Assembly (NCBI GenBank): GCA_036725105.1
Contig: DAIMET010000002.1
Coordinates: forward strand, 5,534-69,533
Reading direction: 5' to 3'
Length of the DNA stretch: 64,000 bases
Source: Calditrichota bacterium
GTDB taxonomy: Bacteria > Caldisericota > Caldisericia > UBA6126
The notes under the pieces are model-generated. The model was not told the DNA's origin and did not search any database. It saw only the letters and a list, made by a program, of their open reading frames with translations. Positions 53,592 to 63,749 of this stretch are shown piece after piece (positions within the stretch are counted from its first letter, which is position 1; each line of letters begins with the position of its first letter). A program made the position numbers and the translations under genes.

Positions 53592-54481
53592 CTATGAAAA
53601 ATACTTCACATAAAATTGATGTTATACGTTTGATCCGCTTTAGTATTGGAGCTATTATGGCAGTTTTTTTTGGGTGGATTTTCCGAGATATTTATCTTAC
53701 ACCACTGCTCAAAAAAGGACTGACATTGCTTAACATTGATCTCGCGACAACTTTTTTTTGGATATTTGTGGGAGCAGCTCTGGGGTTTGTTCTTGGTTTT
53801 CATATCGTTTTCTTTTTCATTGACCTTGTTGTTAAAAGCTTCTCTCATATTCGCTTGCAATTGACCAGCTGGGCTCATCGAAAATCCTATATTTTGGATA
53901 GCAGTGCTATTCTCGACGGTCGAGTTGCAGATCTTGTTCGATTAGGACTTTTCCCATCTCATTTCTATATTTCATCCATCACAATGGATGAATTAGGGCG
54001 TTTAGAAAAGATAAGTTCTGTGTACGCCAAAAGAGTTGAAAAAGGGCGAAAAATCATTGATCGCTTGTTTGTTCTACTCAAGAAAAAAATTCAGGTTTTA
54101 TCTTTTGTCGAAGCTCCAAAATCTATTCGCGAACATATCATAGAACTTTCAAAGGTGACTAAATCCACTATCATCACTTTGGATGTTAACCTTACTGATG
54201 AAGCTCGCACTCAAAAAATCCCTGTTATCAATATTAATGAACTCGCATTGGCATTCCGACTTCAGCTGGTTCCTGGAGATGTTTTATCGCTTCGACTTTC
54301 TCGCCCAGGTAAAGAAAAAACTCAAGCAGTAGGCTATTTAGAGGATGGAATGATGGTGATTGTAGAAAATGGTATATCCCATCTTCACAAGAATGTAGAA
54401 GTTGAGTGTATGTCAGTTCTACAATCTACCGCGGGTAAAATTGTTTTCGGGAAATTTATAAGGGAACTTGATGGATCTTAA
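53588..54481 (+). CDS. yacL: PIN/TRAM-domain membrane protein (YacL-like)
   Basis: Two N-terminal TM helices, PIN segment ILDSSAILDGRVADLV, and a C-terminal TRAM-like segment GDVLSLRLSRPGKEKTQAVGYLEDGMMVIVENG. The position upstream of ispD is conserved. The ATGA start overlaps ccmF. Confidence 0.75.
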   Translation: MTMKNTSHKIDVIRLIRFSIGAIMAVFFGWIFRDIYLTPLLKKGLTLLNIDLATTFFWIFVGAALGFVLGFHIVFFFIDLVVKSFSHIRLQLTSWAHRKSYILDSSAILDGRVADLVRLGLFPSHFYISSITMDELGRLEKISSVYAKRVEKGRKIIDRLFVLLKKKIQVLSFVEAPKSIREHIIELSKVTKSTIITLDVNLTDEARTQKIPVININELALAFRLQLVPGDVLSLRLSRPGKEKTQAVGYLEDGMMVIVENGISHLHKNVEVECMSVLQSTAGKIVFGKFIRELDGS

Positions 54482-55637
54482 TAGCACTAGCTGTATCATT
54501 GTTGGCGGTGGTAGTGGTTCACGATTTTCTTCTCATACATCCAAATTACACATTAATATTGCAGGAAAACCTGTATACATCTGGGCTATAGAAAATTTTA
54601 TGAGCGATGACCGTATCAATGAAATTGTAGTAGTGGGTCCCTTTTCTATCCATGAGATTGAGCACTGGATGCAAGAACCACAGAAAATTGTTTTTGCACA
54701 GGGCGGTAAATCAAGAACTGAAAGTGTTTTCAATGGCTTGTGCAAATGTAAGAAAGCTACGCAATGGGTTCTGATACATGATGCTGCTAGACCGTTCATT
54801 CCTTTCTCTATGTTAGATCGCATTTTTCATGCAGCCAAACCCAATGTAGAGGGTGTGATTCCTGTATTGCCCATCTATGATTCCTTAAAAAGAATGAATG
54901 CAGATAACCTTGTTCTTGAGACTGTTTCTAAAAAAGATCTGGTTCGTGCACAAACCCCACAGCTATATCAAAAAAAAATTTTGCTAGATACATTTGAAGA
55001 ACGAAATGGTATGTACGAAGACGAGAGCCAACTTTTGTTAGACAGTTTTTTATCTGCAAAAGTGAAATGCGTTCCTGGTTCGTATATTGCTGAAAAAATC
55101 ACAGATTTACCATCGCGAGTATTGATCGAAAGAATGATTTCGCTGCAAAGCAAAACTGGAATTGGTTGGGATTTTCATCCTTTCCAGGAAGGTCGTGATT
55201 TGGTTTTGGGAGGAGTCTTGATTCCGAATCACTGCGGTTTAGAAGGGGATTCTGATGGAGATGTTATTACTCATGCAGTCATTGATGCCCTGTTAGGAGC
55301 TCTTGGACTCGGGGATATAGGCTCTTATTTTGGTGTTAAAAAACCTGAATTAATGGGAGTACGAAGTCTATCTCTTCTAGAAGCTCTGCGAAATAAAATC
55401 TTTCCTTTTTTTTGGGAAGTAACTCATGTTGACATTACCGTAGTGGGGAAAACTCCACATATTCATCCATATAGTATCCAAATGAAGAAAAACTTAGCGA
55501 GATGCTTACAAATATCAGATCGAGATATTAATATTAAGGCAACCACAGACAAAGATATGGATGCAGCTGGTCAAGGAAAAGGAATCCGGGTCGTTGCCGT
55601 TGCTACTATACAAAAGACGGAGGAATCTTATGGCTGA
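54471..55637 (+). CDS. ispDF: Bifunctional 2-C-methyl-D-erythritol 4-phosphate cytidylyltransferase / MEcPP synthase
   Basis: IspD motifs: [11 protein letters not shown] and LIHDAARPF. IspF motifs: IGWDFHPF and [26 protein letters not shown]. Confidence 0.9.
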   Translation: MDLNSTSCIIVGGGSGSRFSSHTSKLHINIAGKPVYIWAIENFMSDDRINEIVVVGPFSIHEIEHWMQEPQKIVFAQGGKSRTESVFNGLCKCKKATQWVLIHDAARPFIPFSMLDRIFHAAKPNVEGVIPVLPIYDSLKRMNADNLVLETVSKKDLVRAQTPQLYQKKILLDTFEERNGMYEDESQLLLDSFLSAKVKCVPGSYIAEKITDLPSRVLIERMISLQSKTGIGWDFHPFQEGRDLVLGGVLIPNHCGLEGDSDGDVITHAVIDALLGALGLGDIGSYFGVKKPELMGVRSLSLLEALRNKIFPFFWEVTHVDITVVGKTPHIHPYSIQMKKNLARCLQISDRDINIKATTDKDMDAAGQGKGIRVVAVATIQKTEESYG

Positions 55638-56097
55638 TGAAAAAGATGCAATTTTACACCAAGTAGAAAATTTGATTCATATTATGCGCACCAATTCCAC
55701 GAAAAAAGTGAATATTGAGACAAAAGACTGGAAGATCAGTATTGAACAAAAGGAAGGTCTTTCCAAAGAAGATGTTGCAATTGAAACTACAAACTCTGGT
55801 TTAGACCGTGCAGAAACAGTCAGTACAACATCAGACCAACTGCATACGATCACTTCACCTCTTGTAGGCTCTTTTTACCGATCCTCATCTCCGCAATCTG
55901 ATCCATATGTTGAAATTGGTGAAGAAGTGGAAGAAGGCCAGGTTCTTTGTATTGTTGAAGCCATGAAAGTAATGAATGAAATACATTCTGATGTAACAGG
56001 AACAATAAGCGAAATATTGGTCGATAACGGCGAAATGGTTGAATATGGACAACCTCTTTTCAAGATCAGCACTAAGGAAGACGATAATGGGACGTAA
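55630..56097 (+). CDS. accB: Biotin carboxyl carrier protein
   Basis: Biotinylation motif EAMKVMNEI. The start at ATG 55630 has GGAGGA 6 nt upstream. The track start at 55561 lies inside ispDF. Confidence 0.9.
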   Translation: MADEKDAILHQVENLIHIMRTNSTKKVNIETKDWKISIEQKEGLSKEDVAIETTNSGLDRAETVSTTSDQLHTITSPLVGSFYRSSSPQSDPYVEIGEEVEEGQVLCIVEAMKVMNEIHSDVTGTISEILVDNGEMVEYGQPLFKISTKEDDNGT

Positions 56098-57433
56098 GAT
56101 TCAAAAAGTCTTAGTAGCCAATCGAGGAGAAATTGCACTTCGTATACTACGTGCATGTAAAGAAATGCAAATTGAAACTGTTTTAGTGTATTCAGAAGCA
56201 GATACCAACTCCCTGCCAGTCAAGTTTGCTGACAACGCTGTTTGCATTGGACCAGCAAATCCTTCTCTTAGCTATTTAAACTTTTCTCAAATCATGGCTG
56301 TAGCAACGCTATTAGAAGTGGACGCTATTCATCCTGGGTATGGTTTCTTATCTGAAAATGCTACTTTTGCCAATATATGTCAAGACTATAACATTGTTTT
56401 CATTGGTCCAACACCAGAATCATTAACCAGATGTGCCAACAAGGCACATGTTCGTAGTATTGCAAAGCAATCCGATGTTCCTGTTTTGCCTGGAACAGAA
56501 TCTCCCCTCCAAGATGTTCCTCAAGCAATTCAAATTGCCGAATCCATAGGTTATCCACTGCTTTTAAAAGCTTCAATGGGTGGAGGTGGCAGAGGAATAC
56601 GAAAAATTGATACCAAACAACAGCTTGCAGAGCTCTTTCCTGTTGTACAGCGAGAAGCCTTTGCTTCGTTTGGTTCAGATGAGATTTACTTGGAAAAATT
56701 TCTACAACATCCAAGACACATTGAAGTCCAGATTTTCGGAGATGGAAATGGCAATGTGATTCATTTAGGCACTCGCGAATGTTCTATTCAACGTAAGCAC
56801 CAAAAAATCATCGAAGAATCCCCCAGCTGTGGTCTTAGTAAAGAAAAAGAAGCATTGTTAGTAGAATCTGCTTTGCGATTGGGACAGACATTGAAGTATA
56901 AAAATGCTGGAACCTGCGAATTTATCACCGATGATGTCGGCAATTTTTACTTTCTCGAAGTTAATACGCGCATACAAGTAGAACACCCAGTAACAGAAGA
57001 AACAACAAGTACAGATATAGTCAAAATGCAATTTTATGTTGCTCAGAACGATGCATTGCCCCTACTACAGAGTGACATCAAGCAATCTGGTTGGGCGATG
57101 GAGTTTCGAGTTGTAGCAGAAGATCCCAAAACATTTGCGCCATCGGCAGGTTGGGTTGAGTTTGTGCATTTTCCTGCCGGCCGAGGTGTTCGAATTGATT
57201 CCCATATTTATTCGGGGTACCAAGTACCATCTTCATATGATTCTTTATTGGCAAAGCTGATTGTTCGAGGAAAAGATCGACAAGAAGTGATAAAAATTGC
57301 AAAAAGAGCTTTACAAGAGTTTACAATTCAAGGGATACAAACTAACATTCCCTTGCTACTTGAGATCATTGATCATCAAGAATTTCAAAAAGGGAATATT
57401 CATACATCTTTTTTGGATCAATACATCTTGTAA
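56087..57433 (+). CDS. accC: Biotin carboxylase
   Basis: [21 protein letters not shown]-grasp GGGGRGIRK, and [14 protein letters not shown]. The start at ATG 56087 has AAGGAAG upstream and overlaps the accB stop. Confidence 0.95.
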   Translation: MGRKIQKVLVANRGEIALRILRACKEMQIETVLVYSEADTNSLPVKFADNAVCIGPANPSLSYLNFSQIMAVATLLEVDAIHPGYGFLSENATFANICQDYNIVFIGPTPESLTRCANKAHVRSIAKQSDVPVLPGTESPLQDVPQAIQIAESIGYPLLLKASMGGGGRGIRKIDTKQQLAELFPVVQREAFASFGSDEIYLEKFLQHPRHIEVQIFGDGNGNVIHLGTRECSIQRKHQKIIEESPSCGLSKEKEALLVESALRLGQTLKYKNAGTCEFITDDVGNFYFLEVNTRIQVEHPVTEETTSTDIVKMQFYVAQNDALPLLQSDIKQSGWAMEFRVVAEDPKTFAPSAGWVEFVHFPAGRGVRIDSHIYSGYQVPSSYDSLLAKLIVRGKDRQEVIKIAKRALQEFTIQGIQTNIPLLLEIIDHQEFQKGNIHTSFLDQYIL

Positions 57434-57458
57434 TTTTCACAGGGTTTGCAACTGGAAA

Positions 57459-60400
57459 TTAGAACGTTTCAATATTTTCTTGATATATGTATTTCACCTT
57501 TTCAGACCATTCCAAAAAAGACTGTGCATCTTCCTCAGAAAAGCTCTTAGAAAACCAATAAGAGTTTTCCCCTGCTTTTTGAATTCCCAACCCAATTTTT
57601 TTAATTTGCATTGATATTGCATATAAGTAACTGTTGGGATCATCTTGGGGATATTGAAAGTAGCCGTGATATCGCTGGATCGCAGAAACAAAACGTACAT
57701 CATCTTCTGTCAGTATCAAAGGTTTTTCAGAATAAGGAGAAGAAAACTCGATGGGGAAGGATATTTCAGTACAAGAGGTTGCTGACAGTTTGTCATGCAA
57801 AACAGTAAACCCATCTGCGATATTATTAAAAATGCCCAATGGAGTATTTGTGTAGATTCTACTACCTGAATCTAGCTTGCAGTTATAGATGCAAGTGCCA
57901 ATGCACTGATCCTTTTGAAATATACCACCCCAGTACACAAAAGTTTCTCCTGGGAGACATTCTGCCTCCACCCAATAGTATCCCCCAAATTTCTCCGAAT
58001 TCGCATTGTGGGAGGATGGATAATCAATGGAAAGGCCGGGTTCATAACAATTCCAATACGGAAGATATCTCATACCGGTATGATCGTACAGTGCCATTCC
58101 TAGTCCTGAACCCACATAGCTGTTGGTAGTGATTTGTTGAATGCCTCTACCAGCATCAAAAGTAACCAGAGAATTATCAAAATAGTAAACATCCGGGTAG
58201 GATTCGTGCACTACAAGTCCCAACAATAACTCGACGGGAAATGCACGGGGTAGAAATTCATCGTAGTGTGTAGTGATGAACTGTGCAATGATATTTTCAG
58301 AACTACCCCCTCTTTGTCCATCGGTGGTTGGCAAAATGGAACGACTAGAATGTAGAAGCTGGGATTGTTGAGTTTTTTCAAATCTAATCTGGCTTAGTGG
58401 AATCCACCCCTTTGTCCCGTCAGTAGGATCTTCAATGTAGATATACCAATCTTCGTAATTTGGTGTCACGATTTGCAAAGTTTGATCACGTAGAATGGGT
58501 TTTACAACCCAATTTGAAGGAAGAAGCTTTGTTGGTTTCTTGTGAAGGTATTGTAAAACTTGATCCAAACAAGTTGCAGTGTTCAGGTCTACAATGCCGG
58601 TGGTTTCAATTTGATGAAGAGCTTGAAACTTTTGCAGTGCTCGTTTTGTGTAAAAACCAAAATGCATTGTTTCAATACCTTCAAAGCCAGGCTCATTGGG
58701 ATTGCGGTGCAATTGTGTTAACGGGTTCACGTTTAAAATCATCTGAAGGTATTCAATACAAGGTTCAGAATAGTTAATCTGGATCAAATAATCTCTTTCC
58801 CTTACGAGCTGGACAAATGAGAAGTTGTTGGGAATAGTACGAAAAGCATTGTGTTTTAAGGGATCTTGTAAAATGAAACCACCAAAAGGTTGATGGATCG
58901 AAAACACTGGATTTTGCTGATGACAATCAGTTGTTCTTGATGGTTTGGATTGAACGATAAAAGGTTTGCGTTGAGTAGAATGAAAACCGGATATATAGAC
59001 GTTTTGGTATAAGTCAATACCGATGCTACCTGCAATATCATATCCCCCTTCTCCAAAATAACTAGCGTATATGATACATTGAAGCGATGGATTTATATGC
59101 ATATAGAAGACATCTTGTTGTCCTTGATATACAAATTGGTTAGCCTGGACTGTGGTGGGGAAATCATTAGAAAGAGTATTGCCTGTGATGTATACATTGC
59201 CCCAAATATCAAGGGAAAGGTCTACAATTTCATCCCAAGAGGAGCCTCCAATATATGTCGAAGAATGAAGTTGATTCCCTGAACTGGAAATTTTTGTTAT
59301 AAAACCGTCCTGATCCCCACTAAGAGACCTTTGAATGCCATGCGGAGATGTGGGAAAAGACGAAGAGCTAGTATATCCAGCTACAAAGACATTCCCTTTC
59401 CAATCACAAGCAATAGACTTACCAACTTCAAACGAATGACCTCCTAAAAAAGTACCAAAAATCATGTGATTTGTATCCGGAGTAAGCCGGACAATACACA
59501 CATCTTCTTCTCCATTGTAGGAGGAGTCAAAAGCATCCAAAGTTACTGGAAAATCATGAGAAAACGTGTATCCCGTAATGTAGAGGTTTTGTAAAGCATC
59601 CAGGCATAATCCATAGCCCACATCCCAATATGAACCCCCTATGACAGTACAATATTTCAATTTCCATGTGGTTGTGTCAATGCAAACCACAAGAATATCG
59701 CTTTGAGGAGAATCATGTGAGGTAGTAACAAATTTTTTTGTTATTGGCAGATCAGTAGATGTTGTATAGCCTGTTACATAAACATCTTTCATTGTATTGA
59801 CTTTAATATCCATTGCACCATCAATACCAGCTCCATCAATGATGTAGGATTTCTTTACTCGGTTTGTGGGGTTGTACCACAATACAAAAGCCCCCATTGA
59901 GGCATTTTGATTTTTTGAAGAGTTTTCCATTGCAGGAAAATCATTGGAATCTGTAACTCCACAGCAATATACTTGGCCATCATTGGAGACATCAATGCCA
60001 GTAACTTCTTCCCAACCAGAACCACCAAAGACAATAGTTTCAGCACAAGTGCCATCGCTGTGATATTTTTTGATATATGCATCGAAGTGGTTTCCATTAG
60101 ATGATTCTTCTAAAGAAGATTGTGTAGGAGACAATATCGATCCTCCTACCCATGAAATCCCCAAAGGGTTTGTATGCATTGCTTGAACTGTTTCTCGGGC
60201 AGACACATCATCAGAGGGTTGGAGCCAATCCTCCATCGGGAATTCAACAGAGCACAGGCTAGATGAAGGTTGGGATTCTTTTTTCAAAGAAGTACTAGAA
60301 TGTCTGGTATAGAAAGAAAAATCATCGAGGTGAGTGCAAGGAGATCCTTGAATTGAGCACATGAATGAGCGTGAGGATAGATAAAAAGTGTAATCGATAC

Positions 60401-60773
60401 CACTGGCAATTCCCCTATAAAGAATAGAGCTCCAGGTTCTCGGAGTGATTTCTGTGGTAGAGGTAAGATAGGTGTATTGAATAGAAGAAGGAAGGATTCC
60501 TTTTGGTGAGAGAGTAGCATATGGTAAACTTACTCGCTGTGGAGGGTGATGTATGGAGAGGTAAACAAGAGAATTCTTTTCAAATGCAATACCCCCAAAA
60601 GAAGTTGGACAAAAGAATAATACAGAAGAATCCCATTGTCCTTGATTTTCAATAATGCAATACTCCAATATTTCGTTCTGAGCCTGTGCCGAGGAGGAAA
60701 AAAAAAGTGCTGGAAAACCAGCACTTAAAAAAATGAAACAACTCAGTATGACAATAATACATCGTTGGTGCAA
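57459..60773 (-). CDS. Secreted 1,104-aa protein: SBBP-type beta-propeller repeats, peptidoglycan-binding domain, SH3b-like segment, C-terminal lytic-transglycosylase-like domain
   Basis: Signal peptide ..SSSAQA/QN. At least five repeats of GG..W(D/E)....(I/L)..D..GN(V/L)Y(I/V)(T/A)GYT.S.DFP(T/V)T fall in aa ~245-600. The PG_binding_1-like segment is GFYTKRALQKFQALHQIETTGIVD. HES..(17 aa)..GRGIQQIT resembles the SLT E-S / G-x-x-Q-I motifs. Confidence 0.65.
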   Translation of the reverse strand: MHQRCIIVILSCFIFLSAGFPALFFSSSAQAQNEILEYCIIENQGQWDSSVLFFCPTSFGGIAFEKNSLVYLSIHHPPQRVSLPYATLSPKGILPSSIQYTYLTSTTEITPRTWSSILYRGIASGIDYTFYLSSRSFMCSIQGSPCTHLDDFSFYTRHSSTSLKKESQPSSSLCSVEFPMEDWLQPSDDVSARETVQAMHTNPLGISWVGGSILSPTQSSLEESSNGNHFDAYIKKYHSDGTCAETIVFGGSGWEEVTGIDVSNDGQVYCCGVTDSNDFPAMENSSKNQNASMGAFVLWYNPTNRVKKSYIIDGAGIDGAMDIKVNTMKDVYVTGYTTSTDLPITKKFVTTSHDSPQSDILVVCIDTTTWKLKYCTVIGGSYWDVGYGLCLDALQNLYITGYTFSHDFPVTLDAFDSSYNGEEDVCIVRLTPDTNHMIFGTFLGGHSFEVGKSIACDWKGNVFVAGYTSSSSFPTSPHGIQRSLSGDQDGFITKISSSGNQLHSSTYIGGSSWDEIVDLSLDIWGNVYITGNTLSNDFPTTVQANQFVYQGQQDVFYMHINPSLQCIIYASYFGEGGYDIAGSIGIDLYQNVYISGFHSTQRKPFIVQSKPSRTTDCHQQNPVFSIHQPFGGFILQDPLKHNAFRTIPNNFSFVQLVRERDYLIQINYSEPCIEYLQMILNVNPLTQLHRNPNEPGFEGIETMHFGFYTKRALQKFQALHQIETTGIVDLNTATCLDQVLQYLHKKPTKLLPSNWVVKPILRDQTLQIVTPNYEDWYIYIEDPTDGTKGWIPLSQIRFEKTQQSQLLHSSRSILPTTDGQRGGSSENIIAQFITTHYDEFLPRAFPVELLLGLVVHESYPDVYYFDNSLVTFDAGRGIQQITTNSYVGSGLGMALYDHTGMRYLPYWNCYEPGLSIDYPSSHNANSEKFGGYYWVEAECLPGETFVYWGGIFQKDQCIGTCIYNCKLDSGSRIYTNTPLGIFNNIADGFTVLHDKLSATSCTEISFPIEFSSPYSEKPLILTEDDVRFVSAIQRYHGYFQYPQDDPNSYLYAISMQIKKIGLGIQKAGENSYWFSKSFSEEDAQSFLEWSEKVKYIYQENIETF

Positions 60774-60790
60774 GGAAATAACCCGAAAAA

Positions 60791-60955
60791 TTACTTTTCT
60801 TTTTGCTTCGTAATAAGGTCAAACATGGCTGAAATGAAAATTACAGTTGCCATTACAATTAGCGTGACAGGATGGAGACTCCACACATTCGTAATATGGA
60901 TGGAAAACAGAATGAGCCAAATTGAAGAAAAAATCTTTGTCCAGTTAGACCACAT
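60791..60955 (-). CDS. Small membrane protein (54 aa), not in the ORF track
   Basis: MWSNWTKIFSSIWLILFSIHITNVWSLHPVTLIVMATVIFISAMFDLITKQKEK has two hydrophobic helices and a basic tail. GGAGG lies 7 nt upstream of the ATG. It has the same orientation as the flanking genes. Confidence 0.4.
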   Translation of the reverse strand: MWSNWTKIFSSIWLILFSIHITNVWSLHPVTLIVMATVIFISAMFDLITKQKEK

Positions 60956-60993
60956 AGAAGAACCTCCGAAAGTTTTTTTTCATGGTACCATAT

Positions 60994-61458
60994 TCAAATT
61001 TCTTTGTAAATATTCCAGAGCTGTTTCACGGTTTTATTTAATACGGGATGGACATAATTTGGACATATTTCAAGGCAAGGCAATAAAATGAAATCTCTAT
61101 TTTGCATGTCTGGATGAGGAATAGTTAAAGAACTTTGCTCTACAATATCTTGATTCCAAAAAAGGATATCAATGTCAATTACTCTTGGACCCCACCGAAT
61201 GGACTCTTTGCGACCCATAAGCGACTCAATATGCTTGCAAATTTGAAGTACTTCCAAGGGGTCTGGATGATGAGTGTGAGTCTTGATAACAAGGTTTAGA
61301 AAAAAGTATTGATCAACGTAGCCATACGGAATTGTTTCAATGACCGAAGAAGAAGCAATGATCTGGAATTTTTCGCGAACCAAGTAATGCAGTGCCTTTC
61401 TAATAGACTGTTTTCGATCTCCAAGGTTGGAACCAACAGAGAAATAGACAGTGTTCAT
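60994..61458 (-). CDS. folK: 2-amino-4-hydroxy-6-hydroxymethyldihydropteridine pyrophosphokinase
   Basis: VYFSVGSNLGDR, GPRVIDIDILF and IPHPDMQNRDFIL. The start at ATG 61458 overlaps the folP stop (ATGA). The track start at 61542 lies inside folP. Confidence 0.9.
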   Translation of the reverse strand: MNTVYFSVGSNLGDRKQSIRKALHYLVREKFQIIASSSVIETIPYGYVDQYFFLNLVIKTHTHHPDPLEVLQICKHIESLMGRKESIRWGPRVIDIDILFWNQDIVEQSSLTIPHPDMQNRDFILLPCLEICPNYVHPVLNKTVKQLWNIYKEI

Positions 61459-62603
61459 GAATGCATCATGAGAGTTGTTTTCAGGGCATTTTTTGTTGCA
61501 CCTACATTGTGGATGCGAAGAATATCCACTCCCTTTTCCCACAGCAAAGCCCCCACTAAAGCAGTTGGAAGATCCCTGTCTTGAAGTGGGATTTGCAATA
61601 GGTCTCCGAAGAATCTTTTCCGAGAATGACCTACAAGGATTCTGCAGCCCAATGTAAAAAATGTGGAAATATTTTGTAAAATCTGAACATTTTGTTGTGC
61701 TGTTTTCGCAAAACCAATACCTGGATCCAATACAATCCTACTAGGATGAATGTGATTTTGTTTGCAAAGGCTAAGCCAATCCTCGAAAAAAAGATAAATA
61801 TCCTCTAAAAGAGATGAATAGGTAGTTTCATTCTGCATTGTTTCAGGAGTTCCTTTCATATGCATGATAACTATCTGAACATCAGGGTATTGAGCAACCA
61901 ATTCAATCATCTCTTTGGTCACTTTTACACAGTTGATCATGCGGACGCCTTGATCAATACCCGCTTTTGCGATTGAAACTCGATGTGTATCAAGAGATAG
62001 GGGAATTCGGGGGAATTTTTGATGAATTTGTTTGATGGGTGCAATGACTCGTTTGTATTCTTCTTGTTCTTGAATTAATGTAGCTCCAGGACGTGTAGAT
62101 TCTCCACCTATATCAAGAATGTCAGCACCCTCCTCCACAAGCTTCGTAGCTTTAAGAAGCACATTTTCCATTGTCATACATTCATTCCCGTCGGAGAAAG
62201 AATCGGGTGTTACATTGAGAATACCCATTAACAGAGGAAAAACTGTATTCTGTTTGCGTAGAATGATGGAAAGAAACTGCTTCAAGTTTTCTCGAAAAAC
62301 AGGAATATGGAAGTAGTTCTGACGAGTTAAACTTTCGATACAATGAGAAAAAATATCTTCTGTTCCTATCATTAGAACGGTAGAATCTTCTATTGCATGA
62401 TCCAAAACATTTTTATGAACTGCAACATCACCACCATGTCGAAGAAAAGTTTGTTTTAGTATGGTTGCTTCTCTGAATCCAACGTGATTGGCCTGAATGC
62501 ACAAAAGATTGGTTTTTTTGAGAAAGATAGGGTGGCTATCTTCAGTACAACCCACATTTTGAAGAGCAATAGGAACATTGGAGGGGTGTACAAGACTGAA
62601 CAT
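61455..62603 (-). CDS. folP: Dihydropteroate synthase with ~120-aa N-terminal extension
   Basis: The pterin-binding domain starts at LLMGILNVTPDSFSDG. DIGGESTRPG and VGHSRKRFFG are also present. Confidence 0.9.
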   Translation of the reverse strand: MFSLVHPSNVPIALQNVGCTEDSHPIFLKKTNLLCIQANHVGFREATILKQTFLRHGGDVAVHKNVLDHAIEDSTVLMIGTEDIFSHCIESLTRQNYFHIPVFRENLKQFLSIILRKQNTVFPLLMGILNVTPDSFSDGNECMTMENVLLKATKLVEEGADILDIGGESTRPGATLIQEQEEYKRVIAPIKQIHQKFPRIPLSLDTHRVSIAKAGIDQGVRMINCVKVTKEMIELVAQYPDVQIVIMHMKGTPETMQNETTYSSLLEDIYLFFEDWLSLCKQNHIHPSRIVLDPGIGFAKTAQQNVQILQNISTFFTLGCRILVGHSRKRFFGDLLQIPLQDRDLPTALVGALLWEKGVDILRIHNVGATKNALKTTLMMHS

Positions 62604-62605
62604 AG

Positions 62606-63388
62606 TTAACGCTTGTCCTTTTCAACCTGTGCATATGCATTGTGACTGTGAATACTCTCGTTACTGAGTACATCGATGGAAAACCATGAAACTCGAGGAT
62701 CTTGATCCAACGGAAGAAAAATGTTTCGAACTACATCTTCTACAAAGCGAGGATGGTCATAGGCATATTCTGTAACATATTTCTCATCTTTTCTTTTCAG
62801 CAAAGAGTATATAGGAGAAGAAGCAGCATTTTCGCAGATATCTATGATTTCTTCAATCCAAACGATGTTTTGGTGACCATGCTTCATGCGAATTGAAACA
62901 GAAGCTAAGCCTCTTTGGTTATGAGCACCATACGAGGAGATTTCTTTCGAACAAGGGCATAGGAGCTGGATTGGAACTTTTACCTTCATGATAAAATCAA
63001 AGTCGACAGCTTTGGATGCGATGAACGTGCAATCATAGGATAGAAAGCTTTTAATACCACTTACGGGGGCTGTTTTATTCATGAAAAAAACAAATTGGAT
63101 TTCTATATGAGAAGTTTCTGCTTTCAAAGCTTTTTTTGTGTCCTGCAATATGCCCTCAAGGGAAAGAATTGCAATATTATCACGATGAATATTGAGTATT
63201 TCAATGAAACGGCTCATATGGGTTCCTCGAAATTGCTTTGGAAGGTCTACATATAGACTAACGAGTCCAGTAGTAGATTGGAGGATACCTTCTTGGTCAG
63301 AAATGGAGATCGGGTAGCGTACATCTTGTACGCCAACCCGATCGATTTTTACTTTACGGTTGTCAATTTCGTTCTGAATGTCTCGCAT
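62606..63388 (-). CDS. folE2: GTP cyclohydrolase IB (FolE2/MptA family)
   Basis: MRDIQNEIDNRKVKIDRVGVQDVRYPI N-terminus, GTHMSRF, and CPCSKEISSYGAHNQRG. The start is set at ATG 63388; the track start at 63538 runs through the upstream gene. Confidence 0.85.
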   Translation of the reverse strand: MRDIQNEIDNRKVKIDRVGVQDVRYPISISDQEGILQSTTGLVSLYVDLPKQFRGTHMSRFIEILNIHRDNIAILSLEGILQDTKKALKAETSHIEIQFVFFMNKTAPVSGIKSFLSYDCTFIASKAVDFDFIMKVKVPIQLLCPCSKEISSYGAHNQRGLASVSIRMKHGHQNIVWIEEIIDICENAASSPIYSLLKRKDEKYVTEYAYDHPRFVEDVVRNIFLPLDQDPRVSWFSIDVLSNESIHSHNAYAQVEKDKR

Positions 63389-63749
63389 AGTCTTCTTTTG
63401 TGTAAGTAACATGGCTTGTGGGGGTTTCCGATAAGTGGACGGAAGACAAATGATAGAAGGTATGATGGAAGTGAGGAACCAGGGAATCGTATATCCATTT
63501 TGCAATATATTCTGTAGAAGGATTTTCGAAAAAATCATTAAGGCTGCTGTGGTCTAATTTCGATAGAATAACTTGTTGGACAATGGAAGAGATATCCAGA
63601 AAATCAATGACCATACCGGTGTTTTCATCTATCTCTCCTTCAATACAGACAGACAAATAGTACGTGTGTCCATGTAAGGATTCGCATTTGCCGTTGTAAT
63701 GTGTTAAGAAATGAGCAGCATCAAATCGAAAATCCTTTTGAACAATCAT
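63363..63749 (-). CDS. 6-pyruvoyl-tetrahydropterin synthase family protein (QueD-like); the Cys-Glu active-site motif suggests the PTPS-III (FolB-replacing) type
   Basis: FRFDAAHFL..GKCESLHGHTYYLSV..TGMVIDF..LDHSSLN; compare E. coli QueD KCGRLHGH. Embedded in the folE2-folP-folK operon. Confidence 0.8.
   Translation of the reverse strand: MIVQKDFRFDAAHFLTHYNGKCESLHGHTYYLSVCIEGEIDENTGMVIDFLDISSIVQQVILSKLDHSSLNDFFENPSTEYIAKWIYDSLVPHFHHTFYHLSSVHLSETPTSHVTYTKEDYARHSERN

Noticed and set aside
60765-61091. 108-aa plus-strand ORF between the SBBP gene and folK.
   Set aside because: It is antisense to folK's 3' end and to a better-supported small membrane ORF with an RBS. It has no RBS and odd composition.
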